DNA of 63,759 bases, filler included, from Stramenopiles sp. TOSAG23-3 (taxonomy: Eukaryota), in assembly GCA_900128585.1 (NCBI GenBank). It is 14 parts of 14 records of this genome, joined end to end, with 100 filler letters (N's around TTAATTAATTAA, not from the genome) between each part and the next. Parts side by side here need not be neighbours in the genome. Positions count along the whole stretch, not along the records: positions 19,367 to 25,714 come from LT643335.1; positions 25,815 to 32,159 come from LT643336.1; 12 more parts are not named here. One strand, 5' to 3'. The notes beneath the pieces are model-generated. The model saw only the letters and a program-made list of their open reading frames with translations, did no database searches and was not told the DNA's origin. Below are positions 21,058 to 32,159 of this stretch, piece by piece; position 1 is the first letter of the stretch; each line of letters opens with the position of its first letter. Position numbers and translations under genes: made by a program.

Positions 21058-22794
21058 ATGTCGCAGTTCGTGACGTCCGTCTCGGAGGACAGTTTCAGTA
21101 GCGGCGGGGACGTTACTGGCGCTTCTGGTTCGGGGACGATTGACTCCGGCACGAGTGGTGAAGTGATCTTGCCAGAGGAGTATCATGGTGCGTACATTAA
21201 GGTCTTATCAGATAGGTCAATTGTGCGATTGAAATTGCCTCCGCCCTCTGGGTTGGCTGCGGAAGAAATGTTCCAGAAGATCCAAGGGCAAGTTGCAATT
21301 AATGCAATTTTGAAGTACGAGGAGAAGGGGGAGCTGAATAGTTTGCGCTCGTTGCATAAACGTGGGCTTGGGGACGTTGGGGCTGAGATTGTGGCCAGAT
21401 TTATCGAGACTGACACGCCCCTCAACTCGCTGCGCGCGAAGGGTTACGTTAAAACGATTGGGTTGGCCGGAAACGGTATCGGGTCGGACGGGGCGCGGGC
21501 GCTGGCCCGAGCATTTTCGTCGAGGTCTCCCCGGGCAGTCGCGCTGAAGAGCATAGAGGTGTACAGCAACTGTAAAGGTCCGTTTTGGGGGTCGTTTGCG
21601 GGCCAAATTTTGGCCCATAACCCGTCTGTGACAAACATAGACTTGGGTGGGAATGATATTGGGGACGTTGGCGTATGTTCAATGCTCGCGCAAGCCAGCA
21701 CATGGATTGCATCCCGGGCGGGGGTGCCACTCACGTTGCATTTGGACTACTGTGGGTTGACCGATTCCGGCGCAAGTTTGCTGAAGAAGAGCATTCCAAA
21801 CGCACAGCTGTGGCTTCAAGGCAACGCAGTGTCAAAAATGTACCTGCGCCCGCCCGTTCCAACGCCAATGCACGACAATGAAATATTAGGCCTGCTGAAG
21901 CTCTCGGCACTAAATCTGATGGAGCACGAAACTGCGCACAGGGAGATGTACGACATAAACCAGTCGTCCAGCTCGGATAGCTTCCCCGACGCCGTCGCTT
22001 CGATGACCCTGAAACTTTGCGAACGCCAATGTCGTGACTTTATGAAAGGAATTGTGGGGCAGTGGACCATTGCCAGTTTCGTGCAAGAAGACATGTCCAC
22101 AAAAACGTGCCGTATTGTCAGCTGGGGCATGGGCACAAAATTTCTAAATTCCCAAGTTGCCAAGAATTGCGACGACCTGCTGGTCAAAGACTCCCACGCG
22201 GAGGTACTGGCTCGTCGTGCATTGAAAAAGTACTTTTGTTCCCATCTATTGGCCTTCGGCTCTCCCCCGACGGGAGAGCACATCAAGTACCATTTGTACA
22301 CATCAACTGCGCCATGCGTTAGTTCAAAAGGGCACACGGGGTCATGCTCCGAGAAAATATTGGGATGGTGCAAAGAGGGCATCATGGGGAAAGGACCGTA
22401 TGGAACCTTTTTTGGGTTTGTGCCTTTGTCGTCCATGATCATTGGAAAGAAGTACAAAAATAAAATAGTGGATAAGTTTGCGGAGTATTGTCCCGCCATT
22501 CGTCCGACGAAAATACGATTAGAGCACCTGACCCGTGCCAACAACACGACCAGAGGCGATACGGACGAATCCCGCGCCTTTTATATTGGGGGGAAGAGCA
22601 GCCTACGTGAAAAGCGCGCCACACGAAGTGCACCAATTGACAAAGGCATGTACTTTGCACACGACGGAAGAACTGGTATGGATTTAGACGGTGCGATGAG
22701 TCCTCTTTGCTCTTATGTGCTTCACCGTGAACAGGAATTAGCTGAGTTGGAGTGGGATGCCAATCAAGCAAAGCTGCGTTATCAACGCGATTGA
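21058..22794 (+). CDS. RNI-like LRR fused to an ADAR/ADAT1-type adenosine deaminase domain
   Basis: LRR units (LAGNGIGSDGA, LGGNDIGDVG, LDYCGLTDSGA), then VSWGMGTK, DSHAEVLARR, HLYTSTAPC, SCSEKILGW..GIMG, and C-terminal SPLC. Confidence 0.8.
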   Translation: MSQFVTSVSEDSFSSGGDVTGASGSGTIDSGTSGEVILPEEYHGAYIKVLSDRSIVRLKLPPPSGLAAEEMFQKIQGQVAINAILKYEEKGELNSLRSLHKRGLGDVGAEIVARFIETDTPLNSLRAKGYVKTIGLAGNGIGSDGARALARAFSSRSPRAVALKSIEVYSNCKGPFWGSFAGQILAHNPSVTNIDLGGNDIGDVGVCSMLAQASTWIASRAGVPLTLHLDYCGLTDSGASLLKKSIPNAQLWLQGNAVSKMYLRPPVPTPMHDNEILGLLKLSALNLMEHETAHREMYDINQSSSSDSFPDAVASMTLKLCERQCRDFMKGIVGQWTIASFVQEDMSTKTCRIVSWGMGTKFLNSQVAKNCDDLLVKDSHAEVLARRALKKYFCSHLLAFGSPPTGEHIKYHLYTSTAPCVSSKGHTGSCSEKILGWCKEGIMGKGPYGTFFGFVPLSSMIIGKKYKNKIVDKFAEYCPAIRPTKIRLEHLTRANNTTRGDTDESRAFYIGGKSSLREKRATRSAPIDKGMYFAHDGRTGMDLDGAMSPLCSYVLHREQELAELEWDANQAKLRYQRD

Positions 22795-23099
22795 CGATTG
22801 AAACAGCAATTCAAGGAAGGTCGCTGATAAATATGTAAATTTTTTAGTCGCACGAAGTATCTTTTTAAGAGTAGATAAACTAACAAACTGAGAAATTTAA
22901 TAATAAAATATTTAAAAATATAGAAGAAGAAAAGAAGAAGGAGGAGGAGGAAGAAGTTATATAATAAAAAATTAATATTAATAAGAAGAACACAGCACCG
23001 TTAATTATAAGAATATTATAATAATATAAGAATAGCATTTTTATAATATAATTATTAATTATTGATTGAAGAAGGATGATAATGTAATAATATGATGAG

Positions 23100-23400
23100 A
23101 TGATAGAAGAAGAATGAGAAGTGAACGAAGAAAGAAGAAGAATGAGAAGTGAACGAAGAAGAAGAAAGAAGAAGAAAGAAGAAGAAGAAGAAAGAAGAAG
23201 AAGAAGAAGAAGAAAGAAGAAAGAAGAAGAAGAAAGAAGAAAGAAGAAAGAAGAAAGAAGAAAGAAGAAAGAAGAAAAGAAAGAAAGGAAGAAGAAAGAA
23301 AGAAGAAGAAAGAAGAAAGAAGAAAAAAAGAAGAAAGAAGAAAGAAGAAAGAAGAAAGAAGAAAGAAGAAAGAAGAAAGAAGAAGAAGAAGGAGAACGAA
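23100..23400. repeat. (GAA/GAAA)n microsatellite
   Basis: Directly visible simple repeat. Confidence 0.9.
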
Positions 23401-23680
23401 TTATAATAAAAAATATTATATATAATAATAATTTTATAATAATAATAATAAAAAAAAGCTTCGAAGAACAAACAACAACACAACCACCAACAAACACAAC
23501 AAAAAAAAACAAATAATCTTTGAATGTGAGAAATGCAAATGTGATACATATACTTTCTGTCATTCTCTCTCTTTCGTGAAATCTCAAATCAATATGGAAC
23601 GCCCGGCGAATATGCTACGGAATAATTCGTTAACCTCGTAATATAACTAAGATTATCTTGCCTCCTATTTAAATACGACG

Positions 23681-24181
23681 ATGGAATCGGCTGGTTTTTG
23701 CCCTGTGCCCCATAAACCCCGAGATTTTGCGTGGCTGTCCCTTGGCGTGCTGGCAACTTCTTTGTACTTTATGGCAAAGGATAGAAAGAAACAAAGTTTG
23801 GTGGCAAAGACGCCGAAAGTGGTTGATTCGAAACGTGTTGCTACCACCGAAAACCGTGTCATAGACGAGGTTTGCGGGGGGCCTTCCTCTGGCGACGACG
23901 CTTGCTCCATTGCGTTGGTCACAGTGAAGAGCAGCACGCCGGCTTCGGAGCCTAGTCAACGCCCTGAGTTCGACGAAGTGGTTCTGGTCCTAGAGGGGGC
24001 GATGAAAGTAAGCTATGGAGGCGACGGCGACCTGTCCGTAGAAGCGAAAGCTGGCCAATCGCTCCACTTGCCAAAAGGATATATTTATTCGTACGAGTTT
24101 CCCACTGGCCACTGCAAGTACGTGCCGGTTTGCCTTCCGGCTTTCTCCCCGGCCAGAGCCCCAAGTGCTTTGTACAATTGA
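23681..24181 (+). CDS. Small cupin (EutQ-like) with N-terminal hydrophobic segment
   Basis: EPSQRPEFDEVVLVLEG...AGQSLHLPKG...YVPVCLPAFSP cupin pattern. Confidence 0.75.
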   Translation: MESAGFCPVPHKPRDFAWLSLGVLATSLYFMAKDRKKQSLVAKTPKVVDSKRVATTENRVIDEVCGGPSSGDDACSIALVTVKSSTPASEPSQRPEFDEVVLVLEGAMKVSYGGDGDLSVEAKAGQSLHLPKGYIYSYEFPTGHCKYVPVCLPAFSPARAPSALYN

Positions 24182-24279
24182 ATGTTTATAGAATAATCTA
24201 AGTATTACAAAGTAGAGACGAGATGCGCGATTCCAGTGCAGCGTTATCAAGAATACCATAACGCAAGCGATCTCATTAT

Positions 24280-25329
24280 CTAAACAATACTATCGACGTA
24301 ACTTTCCCGGTACCGCCTTATGGTCTCGCTCGCTTCGTTCGGCTGCCCTTTCACCGATGCCCCACTGTTTCCCAAAACGGCCAACGCCCCCGACTGCCGC
24401 GAGAGGTTCAGGGCTTCCTGGGCCGCATTCGCGAGTAACTTTTCTTTTAACTCTCCGTCTTCCATCGAATCGATCTCATGGTTTCTGACCGTAGGGCGAA
24501 TTGCATGGCAAAGGCTCGTGACTGCATGCTGTATTTTTAAAATCTTTTGAAACTGGCCGGCCTCCGTCGCCCCTTGCTCCATCGCCCCCGCCGCCTCGCT
24601 GTCGTTGAAACCGTTCTTGTTGTTGTTCTCCGATGCGATGAGCTGGTTGGCCGCGATCAAAACCTGTTCTTCTACATTCTTTGCGCCCATAAACTCGGAG
24701 GCAAGCTCGCTCCCATTCCCCCCTACCCCTATTTTTACGACAGGAACGTGACTTTGCAACATCGCCTGGACTTTCTTCGCAGAAAAGCCTATTACCATCG
24801 AACAAACAAGCGTGCTGGACTTCAATTTTCCACGAAGCGACGCTGCGACGGTGGACATCTGTGCGGGCGTGCAGGCGAGGAGCAGCAGCCGGGAGACCTT
24901 TGCGACACCTACGTTGTCGCATTGGATGACAAGCCCCTCCCCGTACTTTTCTTGCAAATATCTTCCACGCCCCTCCTCCGGCCGCCTGGTGGATATACAA
25001 ACCGAGCTGGTCGATATCCCAGCTTCCAGTATTTTATCGACCACGTGACTCCCGTTTTGACCACAACCAATCACGCCCAACTTGAACGACCGCTTGGACC
25101 CCCGCAGCATAATGGCGCGACGGATGCAGCGGGACACGAACAGCACATGCATGGCCAAGATATCACGCAGTGGTTTCAGCGCGACATACATGTCTAAATA
25201 CCGACCATTGATAGTTATCTCTCCACCAAACGACAGGTTCTTCAACACATTTTCCGGGTTTTCCACATTGGTGGCACTCTCCGTATCCCTGTCCCCACCT
25301 TCTGTTTTCGAAGACCCTGTAAAGTCCAT
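24280..25329 (-). CDS. NOXRED1-like NADP oxidoreductase (P5C reductase-like Rossmann domain)
   Basis: LGVIGCGQNG dinucleotide-binding motif followed by ISTRRPE and LLLLACTPAQ. Confidence 0.75.
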   Translation of the reverse strand: MDFTGSSKTEGGDRDTESATNVENPENVLKNLSFGGEITINGRYLDMYVALKPLRDILAMHVLFVSRCIRRAIMLRGSKRSFKLGVIGCGQNGSHVVDKILEAGISTSSVCISTRRPEEGRGRYLQEKYGEGLVIQCDNVGVAKVSRLLLLACTPAQMSTVAASLRGKLKSSTLVCSMVIGFSAKKVQAMLQSHVPVVKIGVGGNGSELASEFMGAKNVEEQVLIAANQLIASENNNKNGFNDSEAAGAMEQGATEAGQFQKILKIQHAVTSLCHAIRPTVRNHEIDSMEDGELKEKLLANAAQEALNLSRQSGALAVLGNSGASVKGQPNEASETIRRYRESYVDSIV

Positions 25330-25814
25330 TTCTCCGGCTTACTTCTCTATTCACGGCAATAAATCAACACCAATCAAAACCACCAATAGCTCTCTGTAAA
25401 GTGTTAATCATGATTTTTTTCCCGGGAAGCCTTTACCATTTCAATTTCTGTCGGTTACTTATATACTTATTAAATATATTCATGGAAGAAGATGGTGGAT
25501 AATAAAAAATAATATTTATTAATAATAATAATAATAATAATTCAAACATTCAAACACAACAACAAAAAACTTCTTTTTTTTTGTTGTTGTTGAATTTCGA
25601 ACATTCAATGGTATGATTATGTGAATACATAAATGTATACTATACAGCATAATGAACCAACAATATTATTTGGTGTGTTGATGTTATTATTCATCCAATA
25701 TGTACATAGCAACANNNNNNNNNNNNNNNNNNNNNNNNNNNNNNNNNNNNNNNNNNNNTTAATTAATTAANNNNNNNNNNNNNNNNNNNNNNNNNNNNNN
25801 NNNNNNNNNNNNNN

Positions 25815-26442
25815 TCTCTTTCGTGATCGACAGAGCTGGCCACGACACCATCGCCAGGTGGAAGGCGATAGCCGCCGGGAAGGGGGGGGGGGATCGCAAT
25901 TTATCCACGCTGAAAGAAAGCCGGAAGATGATGGGACGACATATGTCTTGGAGATGCACTCGGACGGTCATTACTCGACAATTTACGGCGATGGGAGCGA
26001 CGCGGAAATGGAGAGGGAAGACTATTACGACTCGACCAATTTGGTCGTGCACTTGGACAGCGGCTCCGAGGGTATCTTTCTTCCCAACAGGTTTTTGAGC
26101 GCCATGGTAATCAACTCCACGTGGGATTTGACGCTTACCTTTCCAGAGAAAAAAACTCCAGTAGTAATAAAGAACCTAAAGGTTGGCAGGGACCTCGGGT
26201 TCCTGCCCCCTACACCAAAGGGGTCGACAAAAGCGCAATCCCCGGTCCATCCGGATAGCCCAAACAGGCCCCTCCCTTCGCCGACGTACCTGGAGATTAT
26301 TTTAGGGGCACCGTTTTTTAATCGGCAACCCGTCGTTTTTGTGAGCAAACAGGAAGTCAAGAAGACGAAGAAGACGAAGGACCAAGTGTTCGAAGAGGAG
26401 TTTTACGTTGACAAGAAGCCGTCTTGCGTGTTTGTCTCTTAA
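25815..26442 (+). CDS. 3' part of a pepsin-like aspartic protease (partial, 5' end off contig)
   Basis: VHLDSGS (second catalytic D[ST]G) and IILGAPFF. Confidence 0.55.
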
Positions 26443-26716
26443 ATCCTGATAAAGAGCGAGAGAGAGAGAGTTAGGATTATTTTATGTCTTATTTATAAGA
26501 TAACATATAATTCTTAAGAATTGCGCTTATATTTTTTTAAAGAACACTATATGTAGGAAATTAAAAGAATTAGAATAACGTTTATATAACTTCAAGCAGT
26601 GTGCCAGCCCATATCTCAATTAGCATGCACACATTCGCTGCCACAGCACGTTCAAACCGGAAGCAGGAACTTTTTCCTGACTTAATAATGACGTTTCACT
26701 GGAGGCACATTTCCTT

Positions 26717-27205
26717 TTACAAATACTCGAACTTTTTCGCTTGGAGCTGAAAGGCGTTTGCCCTGCCTTTGTTTTCCACAGCTTTTGCATCCATTTTTTG
26801 TTGGTCGCTCTTCAAAAGCATGTACACAGCAGTGCATGCGACCGGTAGCCAAAAAACAGCTTTGGGGGTGGTATCTGTGTCAAAAGTCCAAGTCTATGGG
26901 TACAAACAAAGCAAAAAAGTTTGGCAGAGAGTTAGAGAGACTGTTCAATAGGAAGAAGGAGGAGGGAGGGAGGGAGGGAGGGAGGGAGGTTCGCAGAGGA
27001 GAGGGAGAACTGCGGCCATGAAAGAAAATAAAACAAAACTTACCTTGTGAGTATCTTCCCTTAAGTTATTCCATTGCTCAATGTGGGCATTCTTTCGCAC
27101 ACCCATAGCCCCACCGAAACGGACTTGTTGCCTAGAGCTTGCTCGCATCATGGCGGTTGGTGCAAAAGCGGGACGGGAAACTTTTGTAACTAGAGAACGA
27201 ATCAT
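26717..27205 (-). CDS. Mitochondrial complex I NDUFB4/B15-like subunit, two exons (27205-27044, 26893-26717)
   Basis: Presequence-like N-terminus and KNAHIEQWNNLRE motif. A 150-nt GTAAG...CATAG intron (27043-26894) splices in frame to TWTFD...AVFWLPVACTAVYMLL...EYL*, giving 112 aa. Confidence 0.7.
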
Positions 27206-27566
27206 TGCTTACCGTTTTGTATAAATATCTATATACGTATATATATATATACTTTCAGACTTTTCAATAAAAATCTTAATTCAAAGAAATTCTAAATTAC
27301 TTCACACTCTACGTTTACTGTTAAGATGCATTTTCTTCATGCGATTAGTTAGTTAACGTGGATTGATCATTAAATAATTTAAATAATAATAATAATTATT
27401 AATAATAAAAAATATTATTATTATATTAATATCGATCGTACCAACCAACAACCAAGAAGAAGGAAACAAAAAAAAGAAAATGGATGATGTGGAAAGTTCC
27501 ATAGTCCTTCTTTTGTTCGTTGTTGTAATCATCCAGTGTAGTATTATGTGTATGTGGTGGTGCAAA

Positions 27567-27598
<32 letters not shown>

Positions 27599-28469
27599 AA
27601 TCTAAAAAAGAAAGAAATCTAAAAAAGAAAGAAATCTAAAAAAGAAAGAAAGAAAACTAACTACTACAGTATTATCATAAATAATAATATAAAACACCAG
27701 TTGGAGGAGGAGGAGGAATGGGAAAGAAAGACGGACTAATTATTAACTGTACTTCTTTTAATAAATAGTGTCTTCTAATTTCACTAATATAATAAATACA
27801 ATGAATAATATTTGAGGATTATGCATATTCTTCATTGTTGTTATTTAATATATCATATTAGCTATTATTATTCTATACGTATATATTCCAGAGTTATTCT
27901 AGTTAAATTTACACCGTACAGCATTATCCTCGTAATTTTAATAATTACGTTGGTTGTTCATCGATCTGATGACTACGTAGTCCTATATACGTATAGCATA
28001 GATAGACACTATGAGGATAAATACGAGGGAAGAACTAAATGTTCATGTTATTTATATGTTATTTTATTTTTTTAATAGTTAAATGATGATGACTTCGTCG
28101 TGGGTCGTAGTAGGTGATAAAATAATAAATAATAAATAAAATAATAATAATAATACCACCCGACCGACGATGATGACGATGACACTGATGAAAAAAGATG
28201 ACCGGTACGGGGTACTGTTCTTCCACCGGACAACTATCAATAAATATAATAATTAGTATAAAGAAGAAATAATAACGAGAGATACCTTTAACGAACGGAT
28301 CCCTATAAATATTATACGTTTCCGTTTCTCTTATGCTTTTGTATATCTTCTTTATTTGTTATGTTAACCACCAGGTCAACAGTCCAGGCTTTTGAATCGT
28401 AACCAAACGGTTAGAGTAGCCTGGTGAACGCGTGAGGTGCAAGAACTCCCGAAAGTACAGCCAGTGGGC

Positions 28470-31400
28470 ATGTCGGGCCTGGGTCCAGAGACGCCCGGGG
28501 AGGGCATGCCGGGGGGTGGGGCGGATGCGGCAGTCGCTCCAATGCCCTCTCCTGTAGCAAAAAAAATCGTCGGGGCGCAGGGTATTCAGACGAAGCTTCA
28601 GACGAAGGCGAAGGTGGTGCAATGGCTCTCCGCGAAGCACGGCGTCCAGTCCGAGTTCCTTTTGAAAACCTATGTCACCCCCTTTCTCCGGTTCGACTCG
28701 AGGGAAAAGGGGGACCGCACCGAGGACAGGTTTGCTACGCTGATGACGGACTACTTCCACAGATTTTTTCACAATCGCTTCAGGTTTTTCTCCAGCCTGC
28801 TCCACCCATTGTACGGGCTGTTGATGTGCAGTATTCTAATGTTCAACGGCCTGTTCGGTTGGTGCGTCACGTACGAAAAGGACTTTCCCACCTGCACTCC
28901 CCGGAACGTGGCCGTGGCCGTGGCCATACTGCTGCTGAGTCTGGTGAGCTTCGCGGTCACGCGAACCGAAGATTACGTTCAGGCCACGAAAAGGGTAAAG
29001 GCCTTCCTTCACGCGGCGTACTTTCTCCAGGGCGTCCTTCTTGCCGTCGTGGAAGTCTTTTCGCCCTTTCCAAAATACTTCCGGGTCGTTTTGCACTTTG
29101 CGTTTGGGTACAGCTTCTTCCCCTTAGTTCCTCGAATCATGTTGATGATGAACGTGTTCGTGGTATTCCTTTACGCCCTGGGGTGCGGCATCACTGCGAA
29201 CAATGCGTGGGCGAACAATGCGCCCGGGATTAGCCTCGAAAGACTGCTGATGAATTATCTGGTCCTCGTGCTCCTGCTGATATTGCAAGCCACGGCTCAG
29301 TACAACCGGCACTTCAACATCATGTGCAGCGAGCTGGCGTTTGAGAAAAGCAAATACCAAGAGAGGAAGTTGAAGTTGGAGGAGAAGAAATGCTCCGAAC
29401 TGCTGACGAGCATGCTGCCGGTGAACATCGTCAAGCAGCTTATCAGCGGGGGGGAAGTGGAGCCGGAGTACTTTGAGAACGTGACCGTCATTTTTGCTCA
29501 ATTCTGCGACTTTTCGACCGTCACGGCGGACCTAAACGCCGGCCTGGTCGTCGAGCTCCTGAACGAACTGTGGAGCAAGTTCGACCTTCACATCGACGAG
29601 TGGGGGCTCTACAAAATCGAAACCGTGGGCGAAATATACCTTTGCGTAGCGGGGTGCCCCATACGCTTTGCCAACCACCCCTTGATCGCTGCCAACATGG
29701 CACTCGGGATGCAGGAGGCCATGGGCGTCGTCGAGTCGCTGGTGAAAGGGCGGAAGAAGTTCCAGGCGCTGAAGGACCGACCGCTGCAAGTCCGGGTCGG
29801 GCTGAACTCTGGGCCCATCCGGGCAGGCGTGGTCGGCATACAGAACCCTCGGTACAAGATGTTCGGCGACACCGTCAACACAGCGTCGAGGATGGAGAGC
29901 ACGTGCCCCTTTGGTAAGATACAGATGAGTGACAGCACGTACACGCTAATGAACGACAAAGACGTGCTCAGCCAATCCCCGTACGCGTACGAAATCACTC
30001 CCCGGGGAGCGATTGATGTGAAAGGAAAGGGTAAAATGAACACGTATTTGCTGCTTGGAAAAAGTGTCGTGGAGACGGTGATGCGCACGTCGTCGTTGGG
30101 GGGAAATGTGCAGAAGAGTCCTTCTGGGTCCAAGCTGGTGGAGCGGTCCTCGTCCTATATCGTCTCTCTGCGGGACAGGCGAAACAGTATGAACAAGGAG
30201 AGCATGACGGACATTAATGCGGGTGCCCTCTTGCAACAGTTGCGGGTTGCGGGCTTGTCGCGAAGCGATAGTGTCAAAGATAAAGTTGAGAAGACGATCA
30301 AGGCTAGGCGAAAAAGCCATATTCGGTACATGGCTTCGAAGAAAAATCCTGAAGAGAGCACCGTGGTCAGCATAAACGTTGACTCCGACAACCAGAGCAT
30401 GGTGGGGACTGGCTTTGATAAGTCCCTCGTTGCGAGGATCCAACGGTTCTGTTTGATGATATCGGACGACGACGAGTCGTTCAATCCCGCGCTCATCCGA
30501 GACTTGCAGAGAAAAAAAGAGGAGTTCGTTCTGTCGCGATGGAGCGTTCACGTGCGCCTGCTGCGCATGGTGGCGTCCGGGGCAATCGTCTTCACGTCTG
30601 TGATCGCTTGGAACCAGTACAGAAAACGAACGAACAACGTGCCTATTAACGAACTGGAGACGCCCGCCTGGTTTGGACTGACCGTGCCCCTGCTGGGCCT
30701 TTACATATTTGCAACCATCTACGATCGCTATTTTCGGAAGTGGGGGCGGGTCCTGACGTGGGTGATCTTGCTGCTCTTGCTTTTCGTTTTCACGTTCACG
30801 TGCGTGTACATTTTGAAGGACGGGACCCTGGTCCTCGTAGTCACCCTCGTCTCCCTCAATGTGCAGATCATTCCGTTCTCGAAACGGGCGCTGTTTGCGT
30901 TTTTTGGCCTGGTGCCTTACTCGCTGCTGGCCAATTTCTTGCCCCCGAGTGACATTTCTGCAGAGGGGATCATGTACAGGAGCATATGGGGGGACTACTT
31001 TACGTACGTTGGTATCCTATTTTTGCAATTCTTTCCCCTGTACGCGAACGAGTACTACCAGCTCTACAGCAGCTACCAGAAGGCAAAGATTGAAAAGAGC
31101 ACCAAGGCCTTGTCCGTGAGTCAGGAAGGCACGCTGAAACTTCTGGAGAACATGCTGCCCTTTTCAATCGCCCAACAAATAATGAAGAACAGAAACGCGT
31201 TCATTGCCGACACGTTCGAGGACGTAACCATCCTCTTTACCGACATCAAGGGCTTCACCTCATTTTCCCAATCCATCACCCCCGGGGAGCTGGTCGAGTT
31301 TCTGAACAACATGTACAGTGCATTTGACGAAGTCCTCGCCCAGTGGGATGCCTACAAAGTAGAGATCCTGGGGGACGCCTACTTTGTTGTTTGCGGGTGC

Positions 31401-31910
31401 CCGGATGAGAGCACTGGGTTGATAAATGCCGCGAACGCTACTGAAGTCGCGCTGCTGCTCCAATCGCTGATGCCTCAACTGACAAGTGAGTCTGTGATGC
31501 CAGAATCCGCGGCTGGTGTCTCGATCCAGATGCGCTGCGGGCTTCATAGCGGGGAGGTCGTCGCCGGTGTCGTGGGTAAAAAGGACCCACGCTACCACCT
31601 CTTCGGTCGCTCTGTCGTGTTTGCAAACAAAATGGAGAGCCACGGGGTCCCCGGCAAAGTGCACATTAGCTCGAGCACGTACGAGCGTCTGCTCCCGCTT
31701 ATCGACGACAAACGGGTGGTGGTAGAAAAACGCGAACCGATCGAAGTGCAGGACGAGCCGGGTGGTCCAATTGTCGTAGAAGGAAAGGAAGTGGGGCACT
31801 ACCAAACGTACTTTGTATCCAAATCGAAGTGGGGCAGTCGCAGAAAGCGCCAAATGCGAAAACGGCACACAATTGCACTGTCGACCTCTGGGGGGTTGAA
31901 AGATATATGA
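28470..31910 (+). CDS. Membrane class III nucleotide cyclase with two TM blocks and two catalytic domains, probably guanylyl cyclase
   Basis: LLTSMLP...KIETVGE...VRVGLNSG...RYKMFGDTVNTASRMES, and LLENMLP...ILFTDIKGFT...KVEILGDAY...RCGLHSG...ANKMES. Confidence 0.93.
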   Translation: MSGLGPETPGEGMPGGGADAAVAPMPSPVAKKIVGAQGIQTKLQTKAKVVQWLSAKHGVQSEFLLKTYVTPFLRFDSREKGDRTEDRFATLMTDYFHRFFHNRFRFFSSLLHPLYGLLMCSILMFNGLFGWCVTYEKDFPTCTPRNVAVAVAILLLSLVSFAVTRTEDYVQATKRVKAFLHAAYFLQGVLLAVVEVFSPFPKYFRVVLHFAFGYSFFPLVPRIMLMMNVFVVFLYALGCGITANNAWANNAPGISLERLLMNYLVLVLLLILQATAQYNRHFNIMCSELAFEKSKYQERKLKLEEKKCSELLTSMLPVNIVKQLISGGEVEPEYFENVTVIFAQFCDFSTVTADLNAGLVVELLNELWSKFDLHIDEWGLYKIETVGEIYLCVAGCPIRFANHPLIAANMALGMQEAMGVVESLVKGRKKFQALKDRPLQVRVGLNSGPIRAGVVGIQNPRYKMFGDTVNTASRMESTCPFGKIQMSDSTYTLMNDKDVLSQSPYAYEITPRGAIDVKGKGKMNTYLLLGKSVVETVMRTSSLGGNVQKSPSGSKLVERSSSYIVSLRDRRNSMNKESMTDINAGALLQQLRVAGLSRSDSVKDKVEKTIKARRKSHIRYMASKKNPEESTVVSINVDSDNQSMVGTGFDKSLVARIQRFCLMISDDDESFNPALIRDLQRKKEEFVLSRWSVHVRLLRMVASGAIVFTSVIAWNQYRKRTNNVPINELETPAWFGLTVPLLGLYIFATIYDRYFRKWGRVLTWVILLLLLFVFTFTCVYILKDGTLVLVVTLVSLNVQIIPFSKRALFAFFGLVPYSLLANFLPPSDISAEGIMYRSIWGDYFTYVGILFLQFFPLYANEYYQLYSSYQKAKIEKSTKALSVSQEGTLKLLENMLPFSIAQQIMKNRNAFIADTFEDVTILFTDIKGFTSFSQSITPGELVEFLNNMYSAFDEVLAQWDAYKVEILGDAYFVVCGCPDESTGLINAANATEVALLLQSLMPQLTSESVMPESAAGVSIQMRCGLHSGEVVAGVVGKKDPRYHLFGRSVVFANKMESHGVPGKVHISSSTYERLLPLIDDKRVVVEKREPIEVQDEPGGPIVVEGKEVGHYQTYFVSKSKWGSRRKRQMRKRHTIALSTSGGLKDI

Positions 31911-31994
31911 AGAAGGAGGTTTGATCTGTTTTAAAAAAACAAGTTATCATATATAAAAAACAAAGTTAGAAGAAAAAAAAAATTAAATTAAGAC

Positions 31995-32159
31995 ACTCAA
32001 ATGTCGCTACCGTCCAAATCCAAAGTAATCTGTGTCGTTATGTATATTCCAAATCAATCTCTGAAATCATAAATCTAATTTGTCAACGAAGTATTCACTT
32101 TCAACGCCTCTGCAACATATTTTGCCCCTTCAGCACCAATGTTGTTATTGCGCAAATTA
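31995..32159 (-). pseudogene. RNI-like LRR fragment at contig end
   Basis: Minus strand reads NLRNNNIGAEGAKYVAEALKVNTSLTN*, followed by broken LRR-like remnants. Confidence 0.55.
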
